Shown here: in pieces, positions 57,983 to 64,000 of the stretch
Numbering within the stretch: the stretch's first letter is position 1
Layout: every line of letters begins with the position of its first letter
Assembly: GCA_046290465.1 (NCBI GenBank)
Contig: JBKAGP010000001.1
Coordinates: 3,904,001 to 3,968,000 of the forward strand
Direction of reading: 5' to 3'
Origin: Planctomycetota bacterium
GTDB lineage: Bacteria > Planctomycetota > UBA1135 > UBA2386
DNA length: 64,000 nt
Translations under genes and position numbers: made by a program
Notes under the pieces: generated by a model
What the model was told of the DNA's origin: nothing
The model's database searches: none
Seen by the model: only the letters and a program-made list of their open reading frames with translations

Positions 57983-58774
57983 GGTCGGGCGGGTGGTTCC
58001 CGGGGACGGGAAGTAGCACCTGCAGGGCAAGACCTGCAGGTGGCGGGCGGATTCCGGCGGCGTGCCCGCGATGCAGGACTGGGGCCGGCCCGTCGGGCTT
58101 GAGCCGTCGTAGAGCCCAACGGGCAGCACAAGGGCCGCGCCCCGGTCAGACCGCGGCTTGAACACGAAGGGCCAGAGGCGGCGCCAGGGGGCGAGCCGGA
58201 GCTACACGAAGGGCAGGACCGCGGCTATCGCGACCGGAGTCGCTGCCAAGGCCGCCCGCACGCCAGATTCGACTCGGATGCCCGCGCGCGTCAGCGCCAC
58301 AGGCTGAGCTTCGCCCTACCCGCTGCTGGCTGCGCTTCCATGAGAAGGTCACGAACCATGCGGATCAGCTCGCGGAGATCGCGAGAGTCGCGACGTTCGA
58401 AGTCGACCGAGGCCTGCCGCGGGGGCAAGTTGGCACTCATGGCATGTGGAGGCGCGCGGCTGAGCTGAGACGATCGGCCGAGCCCTGGCCGCCTGTTCAC
58501 GGTTTCGGCAGGTCCTGAGCAGACGTCGAACCGGCTGCCCTTCCACACCCACAAGCTGTGGGCGCCGAGACTTGAAGCGAGCCACGAACTGTCCACCGCA
58601 AGCAAATCACGGTCCGGCTCGCACCAGGAACGGAACTACACGGGCCAGCCGAATTCCTCCCAGGCAGGCGTCGGCCTCTCTTCGGGAGCGGTTTAGGCTG
58701 GCGGCAGAAGTCGGCGAGCTGTTCTTGTCGAGTTCCGTCTAAACGACGTTAGCCAGAGGAGTGACACCAAACGC

Positions 58775-59491
58775 GTGGACCTAGCACCGCTGTTCTTCCG
58801 GCTCTGCGCTGAATCCAGTGATGGCGCCACAACCTACCTTGGGACGGCGTTTCCTGTAGCTCCGGGCGGTGGGCTTCTGACGTGCCGCCACGTCGTTAAG
58901 TCGCTTCCTCGTGATTCCATCCTGGCCGTGCACGACTACCGTGGTGTTCGGCTTGCACAAGTCAGTGCCGAGCCTGTCTACCCGAGTGACCCTCTGGTCG
59001 ACTTGGCGTTTCTGCCCGATACGCTCTCGTCGACCAAGCCGGAGTTCTTTCCGATCCTGGTTCCAAGTGATCTCAAGGTGGGAGAGGACGTCTATTCGTT
59101 CGGCTTCTTCGCCTTAGGTGGAGGCGACTCAGAGATCGAGCACGGCTTCTTCGCCGGCAAGATCGTTAGCTTCTTCGGCCATCAGAATGTTGTTGGCCGA
59201 ACCTCGATGCTGTTGCCCTATGCCGTTCTCGAGGGCATGTCCGGCAGCCCGGTGTTGACCTACCACAATGGCCCCAAGCTCGTGGGTCTTGCCATCGGCA
59301 ACCGCGCCTCTCGCATCCTTGCTCATGAGGTTTCATCCTTCGAGGACGATCAAGAGCGCTTCACCGAGACCATCCATCGGGTAGTCGAGTTCGGCGTGGC
59401 TCTCCACGCCGCAGCGATCATAGGGTTCCTCAGCGAGGCTGGTGTTCCTTGCGTTGTTTCGAGTAAGCGAGTGCAAGTGCCGGGGCTATGA
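58775..59491 (+). CDS. Trypsin-like serine protease without signal peptide (cassette 1)
   Basis: Triad TCRHV / VDLAFL / EGMSGSP. Confidence 0.88.
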   Translation: MDLAPLFFRLCAESSDGATTYLGTAFPVAPGGGLLTCRHVVKSLPRDSILAVHDYRGVRLAQVSAEPVYPSDPLVDLAFLPDTLSSTKPEFFPILVPSDLKVGEDVYSFGFFALGGGDSEIEHGFFAGKIVSFFGHQNVVGRTSMLLPYAVLEGMSGSPVLTYHNGPKLVGLAIGNRASRILAHEVSSFEDDQERFTETIHRVVEFGVALHAAAIIGFLSEAGVPCVVSSKRVQVPGL

Positions 59492-59496
59492 TCCCT

Positions 59497-59560
59497 GGCT
59501 AACTAGTCTCAGCAGCTGACGGGGCTACGCCCCGCAGCTGAGAGACCAAAGACGTTGGGC
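59497..59560 (+). other. Integron attC-like site 1
   Basis: GGCTAAC...GTTGGGC with internal palindrome, 5 bp after the stop codon. Confidence 0.85.
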
Positions 59561-59583
59561 CGACGTCCCGGTCTGCAAGCACA

Positions 59584-60135
59584 ATGGAAACTGGTTCTTG
59601 GATCGGAGTGGTGGCGTTGACGTCGATTGCCTTTGGCATGGTCGGATTCGTTGCCGGTAAGTCGCTCGCTGACGAGCGGATCGTCGAGAAGCGGGTCGAG
59701 GTTCCCGTGCCAGTCGAGACGCCCGCGGAGCCTCCGCCGGTAGATGCTAGCGCCGTCGCATTCGACATGAAGAGCCGCGAGTTGGCGGTTGCGTTGGCAG
59801 ACACGCTTGACGGTGTGGCAGACAATCTCAGCGAGACCCAGATCGCGGACTACGACGCACTGCTGAGCCGCCCACCGGCACCGCTAAAGACGGAGGCTGC
59901 GATCAAGATCCGTGAGGCGTTAGATGGCCTGCGGCGCTTGCGCGACGATCTGCGGTTTGGCTCGCGGAAAGCCCTGCATCGCTTGGCTGAGCAGATGGAT
60001 GGGATCGAGCAGGACCTTGCACGAATCGCGGAGCAAGCGGCCCGAGACCTTGATCGGGCCGGTGTTGCGGCGGCAGGGACAATTCTCCGGAAGCTAGCAC
60101 AGGACTTTCGAGCACGTGGAAAGGAGCGCAAGTAG
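59584..60135 (+). CDS. N-terminal TM helical hypothetical protein (cassette 2)
   Basis: Fills the space between two attC sites; hydrophobic N-terminus. Confidence 0.75.
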   Translation: METGSWIGVVALTSIAFGMVGFVAGKSLADERIVEKRVEVPVPVETPAEPPPVDASAVAFDMKSRELAVALADTLDGVADNLSETQIADYDALLSRPPAPLKTEAAIKIREALDGLRRLRDDLRFGSRKALHRLAEQMDGIEQDLARIAEQAARDLDRAGVAAAGTILRKLAQDFRARGKERK

Positions 60136-60143
60136 CATGCGCG

Positions 60144-60206
60144 GCCCAACTACACGCAGGAGCTGACGGCGCTACGCGCCGCAGCTCAGCGTGACGGACG
60201 TTGGGA
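60144..60206 (+). other. Integron attC-like site 2
   Basis: GCCCAAC...GTTGGGA, homologous to attC 1 with compensatory stem changes. Confidence 0.85.
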
Positions 60207-60218
60207 CGACAGGTCAAC

Positions 60219-60464
60219 ATGCGCCGCATTCAGGTTCAGCTGGGACATCCGCGCGAGGTGATTGTCAGCCGCATACGCCGAGGAGAGCGACGATCGACGA
60301 TCGAGGCGCCGCAGTCTTCGCTAGCACCACGCCTCGCCAAGACCGACCGGGGGCAACGTCACATTCTGCAGGGAATGCGACAACCGCAGCTCCGAAGGAT
60401 AGATGCGTCCTCATGCGTTGGCCAGCGGGCTGCGAGCACGGCGCGGCTGTGCTTCATCATCTAA
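60219..60464 (+). CDS. Possible short or degenerate third cassette ORF
   Basis: ATG 12 bp after attC 2; no recognisable motif and no closing attC seen. Confidence 0.25.
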   Translation: MRRIQVQLGHPREVIVSRIRRGERRSTIEAPQSSLAPRLAKTDRGQRHILQGMRQPQLRRIDASSCVGQRAASTARLCFII

Positions 60465-60506
60465 GCATGATGGACAGCGCTGTGTGCCCGGAGTCCGTCA
60501 TTGGGA

Positions 60507-61508
60507 TCAATTGAGAGGATCTCCAGTGTCGGGGTTGAGTTGGCGGAGAGGGGCAATCTGCATCGGCACACCCATGATCCCACGAGTCTCGTCGAAAGCC
60601 GCCTCGACCGTCCACTCCAGCCGCACCGAACGCCGGTCTGTAGTCCACGGCCGATGCTCGGCGTAGTGCGACACGGGCCGTTCACGAGGTGCAACTCGCG
60701 AGGCGAGGACAACAGCGCAATCGAAGGTCGCTCGAAACACCATCTGAACTGCTCCGCTGTCAGGGCCTCTCAAGAGGTCCGCCTCCTTGTCTCTGACACC
60801 CAAGACCATCAGCTCGATCCCCAAAGGGCCGGAAACCCCCATTGCTCGGAGGATCTCAGCGTCCTCAGCGATGGAGATCCACCCATCGAGGGCAGCGTCG
60901 AGGTGCTGCTGCTCGACCGGCTGCGCCGCCGGGACGGGTGCAAGGTGGTCCTTCAGAAAGTCGCGAGTGCAACGCGTCTCAAGATCTGCACTGCACCCGC
61001 GAGCCTTTGCGACAGCATCGAGCGAGGATGGCAGCGATCCCCCTCCACCGAAGTCCCTGTGATTGTCGGTAAGGAACGAACCGGCACCCGCTCTGGTGGT
61101 CTTGACATGATCTACGAACGTCACCCAGTTGATGAAGTCGCGATAGCCGGCTCCTTCCTTTTTGAAGGGCTGTCCGCTTTTCAGATCTGCCTGAATGACG
61201 TCGCGAACATCTACCGTGATCGGCAGAGTGATGACGCCAGCGCCGGCTAAGTGCTCTGCGAACTGCTCCTTCAGGGCCGGCGGATCTGGCAAGACGTCTG
61301 CCGGAAAGTAGTGGCCGTACTTCTTGCCAACCTCGCGACGGTGCTTCACGTAGTTGGCTTCAAGCTCGTCCAGGACAAGCGTGGAGGTCACCACGTTGTG
61401 GCCGCTCTGCTTGAGTCGGCTCAAGTCACCGGCAAATATGGGGGACCGGCCCTTCGACATCAATTCCGTGGTGTCGATGAACACAACCCGCTTTGGCGTG
61501 GCAGCCAT
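60507..61508 (-). CDS. PIN-domain ribonuclease (DUF4935-like)
   Basis: VFIDT, VLDELE, GYRDFINW, FLTDNHRDF acidic PIN motifs. Confidence 0.85.
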   Translation of the reverse strand: MAATPKRVVFIDTTELMSKGRSPIFAGDLSRLKQSGHNVVTSTLVLDELEANYVKHRREVGKKYGHYFPADVLPDPPALKEQFAEHLAGAGVITLPITVDVRDVIQADLKSGQPFKKEGAGYRDFINWVTFVDHVKTTRAGAGSFLTDNHRDFGGGGSLPSSLDAVAKARGCSADLETRCTRDFLKDHLAPVPAAQPVEQQHLDAALDGWISIAEDAEILRAMGVSGPLGIELMVLGVRDKEADLLRGPDSGAVQMVFRATFDCAVVLASRVAPRERPVSHYAEHRPWTTDRRSVRLEWTVEAAFDETRGIMGVPMQIAPLRQLNPDTGDPLN

Positions 61509-61673
61509 GACCGACGACTCTACCCCGCCGAGCCGCGAAGCGCCGGTGACAACCTCGGAATCAGTAGCATCAAAACAAATCGCCGGACGGCGAACGGCGA
61601 GCAAGCACGGAGTATCCGGGAACTGTGCCGTGCAGGTTAGACCAGAGCATCCGAGTAGTGGGCGGCGCTCCGC

Positions 61674-62891
61674 CTATACCGCCTCACCGAACATCCTCGG
61701 CACCGGGAACGTCCCCGGCAGCTCCCGGAACAGGTCGTCCTCCCCGAGTTCCCCGTAGAGGTCCATGGTCAGCCGGATGTCGCTGTGCCGCAGCACCTGC
61801 TGGATGACCTTCGGATGGACCTGCATTTCGATGAGGATGCGGGCGCAGCTCTTGCGGAGCGCGTGGAAGTCGACGCGCTTGCTCGTCGGGCTCTTCTGCG
61901 GGATCAGCCCGGCGAAGGCCGCGTCCTTGCGCACCAACTCTGCCGGCTTGTCAGGCATCTGGAAGACGTGGTCCGTCTCCTGCACCGGCCCGAGGTAGCG
62001 GCGCACCTGCGACTCGCTGCGCCGCGTCCGCATCGCCCGCAGCGCCTCTGCGACGAACCCCTGCAGCGGGATGCGCGCGTCGTCGCCGTTCTTCGTGAAG
62101 TCGCCGGCCAGACGGACGCAGGGCTTGTCGCCGTCGAGCGACACGTCCTCCCACCGGATCGAGGCGCACTCGCTCGCTCGGAAGCCGGTGGTCAGGACGA
62201 ACCAGTAGAGCACCTGCCGGTCTCGGACCTTCTCGTCGTAGCCCTTCTGCGCCTGCACGCCGCCGTAGACGCGCTCGGCTTCGAACCGCGCCCAGGCGGC
62301 CTCGACGAGTTGCTCGGCCTCGCTGAACGTGAACCCTACCCTCTTGAACACGCGGTGCCGGTCCCGCTTCGGGGTCCGGACGCGGATCGACTGGAACGGG
62401 TTCCGGTCCCAGCGGCCGGTCCGCTCGAGCCAGCGCCCGAAGCCTCTGAGGGCTGAGGCGTGGTGGTCTCGCGTCTTGGCGGCGCGCTTCTTTCGAATCG
62501 ACTCCAGCCATCGCTCGGCGCCCGGGGCCGTGATCGAGGGGATCGTGCCCACCTTGGCGAAGCTGACGAAGGCGCGAAGCTGGCGCACGGTCTCGCGAAC
62601 GTAGCGCGGCGCCCGCTGCTCCACCGACATGTGCTCGCGGTATTCGGCGATCAGGCGCGAGAGCGGCACCTCGCGCCACTCGGCGAACGGATCCACGTGG
62701 CCGAGCTTGCGGCGCCCGATCTCGCGCAGGGTCTCGGCGAGGAAGTCCTGCGCGACGCGCTTGTCCTTCGTGCGCGTCGACTTGCGGCGCGTCACCCCAG
62801 CCTCGTCGTCGTAGACGATGTGCCAGAAGGGGCTGTTCGGCCGCTTGTAGGGGTTGCCGACCCAAGCGTTCTCGGCGCTCTTCTTCGCCAC
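61674..62891 (-). CDS. Phage-type tyrosine recombinase/integrase
   Basis: TGFRASE, TKNG, FHALRKS, LRHSD, MDLY catalytic set; N-terminal arm-binding-like region. Confidence 0.95.
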   Translation of the reverse strand: MAKKSAENAWVGNPYKRPNSPFWHIVYDDEAGVTRRKSTRTKDKRVAQDFLAETLREIGRRKLGHVDPFAEWREVPLSRLIAEYREHMSVEQRAPRYVRETVRQLRAFVSFAKVGTIPSITAPGAERWLESIRKKRAAKTRDHHASALRGFGRWLERTGRWDRNPFQSIRVRTPKRDRHRVFKRVGFTFSEAEQLVEAAWARFEAERVYGGVQAQKGYDEKVRDRQVLYWFVLTTGFRASECASIRWEDVSLDGDKPCVRLAGDFTKNGDDARIPLQGFVAEALRAMRTRRSESQVRRYLGPVQETDHVFQMPDKPAELVRKDAAFAGLIPQKSPTSKRVDFHALRKSCARILIEMQVHPKVIQQVLRHSDIRLTMDLYGELGEDDLFRELPGTFPVPRMFGEAV

Positions 62892-62893
62892 AG

Positions 62894-63148
62894 CTACGCG
62901 CTCGCCTCCATGAACCTCAGCACGGCCGCGGCGGCGAGCAGCGTGCGCCCGCGCACGCGGCGCGGCTCGGGGAATCCTGATCGTGGGTCGGCCATCAACC
63001 GCCACACAGTGCGCGTGCTAAGGCGGCACATGAAGGCGGCTTCCGGCACAGACCAGAACATCTTCTCGCGCAGCGACTTCTCGTCGAAGAGTGCGGTTTC
63101 GGGACTGGCTGCCGGGGGCGCCGCATGGATGTCGGTGCGTTCGGTCAC
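62894..63148 (-). CDS. AlpA/excisionase-like HTH protein
   Basis: SVPEAAFMCRLSTRTVWRL...FPEPRRVRGR; directly upstream of integrase. Confidence 0.85.
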   Translation of the reverse strand: MTERTDIHAAPPAASPETALFDEKSLREKMFWSVPEAAFMCRLSTRTVWRLMADPRSGFPEPRRVRGRTLLAAAAVLRFMEASA

Positions 63149-63447
63149 AGGCCCACCTCCGGGTCGATCTCGAGCGCCTCGAAGATCGCGGCTTCGATGG
63201 CACGTCTGGCGTCGTCATCGACGGGGCGGATGTAGGCGTGCTTGCGACCTTGCCGGTCGGTGCGCGCGGGGAAGCTCAGGGCCGGGCGCCGCGCGGCGGT
63301 CATGCGGAGAGTGATGCCGTCGAGCAGCAGCACGCCGCCGATCACGGCCGTCACGTAGCCGACCAGGCCGGTGCGGATCTCGCGGTCGCTTGCGCGGGTG
63401 AAGCCGATCGATGTGACGAGTCGGTCGAGTCCGATGCGATCAGACAT
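63145..63447 (-). CDS. SpoVG-like nucleic-acid-binding protein
   Basis: LLLDGITLR...LSFPAR...YIRPV...RRAIEAAIFEAL; GGGAGG RBS. Confidence 0.7.
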   Translation of the reverse strand: MSDRIGLDRLVTSIGFTRASDREIRTGLVGYVTAVIGGVLLLDGITLRMTAARRPALSFPARTDRQGRKHAYIRPVDDDARRAIEAAIFEALEIDPEVGL

Positions 63448-63508
63448 CTTGGCCTCCCGCCTGCGAGCGGCGAAGCAGCGGGCTGAGGGCCGTGAGTCCG
63501 CAGGCTTC

Positions 63509-63665
63509 GTGGGTTTCGGGGGTTGCTGAGCGCGCTCTACAGAAGAGGGACCTGCACTCTCCATGCAGGGCCACAGAACCCTCCAAACCCACAAAGTCCT
63601 CAGGGGCGCAGCCGCTGCAAGACTTTACGTTCCGTGGGTTGCGAAACCGAACCCACGAAACCCAC
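63509..63665. repeat. Iteron-like AACCCAC/GTGGGTT repeats, possible element origin
   Basis: Five copies in both orientations near 63509, 63585, 63634, 63650, 63658. Confidence 0.5.
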
Positions 63666-63675
63666 GCGTGACGAC

Positions 63676-64000
63676 TCATCGGGCGGCCTCCTCAAGGTGG
63701 TAGAGGCTCGTTCCGCCTGAGCCACGACGCCGCACGACGAATCGCCCAACAGGGCGGTCCCTCAGCGGCCCAAGGACTCGGCGGGAGAAGCGAGCCGCGT
63801 GCCCGCTGTCCGGGCCGGCAAAGGCAGATTCAAAGATGCCAAGCGAACGAGCCGTCTCCATTGCTTCGGTGGACTTGACCTCGGCCTTGCCGTGCTCGTT
63901 CCACCATTTGTCGACCAGGGCCTCGGCGTCGGCGTTGAAGTCGTCCCCCTGACGAACCCACGACGAGTAGTTCATCATCCATGCGGTCGCCCCAGCGTGA
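63676..64000 (-). CDS. C-terminal part of a probable replication (primase/helicase-type) protein; start outside window
   Basis: Frame is open to the window edge; function guessed only from position. Confidence 0.45.
   Translation of the reverse strand, partial: HAGATAWMMNYSSWVRQGDDFNADAEALVDKWWNEHGKAEVKSTEAMETARSLGIFESAFAGPDSGHAARFSRRVLGPLRDRPVGRFVVRRRGSGGTSLYHLEEAAR

Larger units (their letters stand above)
57854..64000. mobile_element. tRNA-integrated element (phage-satellite/integrative element); continues beyond window
   Basis: Adjacent tRNA 3' end, arm-like repeats, lower-GC cargo, tyrosine integrase, AlpA-like and SpoVG-like genes. Confidence 0.8.

Noticed and set aside
58291..58605. 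Remnant intI upstream of the cassette array
   Set aside because: The translated ORFs here show no tyrosine-recombinase motifs
61636..61642. GTTAGAC as a further attC right end enclosing the PIN gene
   Set aside because: No matching RYYYAAC or convincing palindrome upstream
61674..62891. Integrase as an integron integrase (IntI)
   Set aside because: No IntI-specific insertion visible, has an N-terminal arm-binding-like region, and lies downstream of the array next to an AlpA-like gene

Overview
High-GC bacterial DNA, most likely Planctomycetota (inferred from a DUF1549/DUF1553 cytochrome c plus DUF1501 pair, PVC-type auracyanin/PA14 genes and ECF/anti-sigma pairs). All calls are by eye, with no database search. 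The first ~57.7 kb mixes housekeeping genes (gor, gloA, rarD, an inositol-monophosphatase-like gene, DUF924) with many secreted proteins. Eight of these share a C-terminal domain, and about 15 have Gln right after the predicted signal peptide. The best candidate for an undescribed system is at 24.4-32.0 kb. There a signal-peptide-bearing RHS protein (split by a 1-nt frameshift) carries a C-terminal payload with caspase-fold/C80-like His-Cys motifs. A divergent secreted serpin follows 5 bp downstream, in the slot normally held by the immunity gene. Other highlights are an 83-bp CTAG-bounded element overlapping TAG stop codons (one solo copy plus a 5-copy array), a catalytically dead phage Dam-like gene paired with a basic HTH gene, and a possible nested gene inside an anti-sigma gene. 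From 57.85 kb a tRNA(CAT)-integrated satellite-like element carries integron-type attC cassettes but no IntI integrase within the window.
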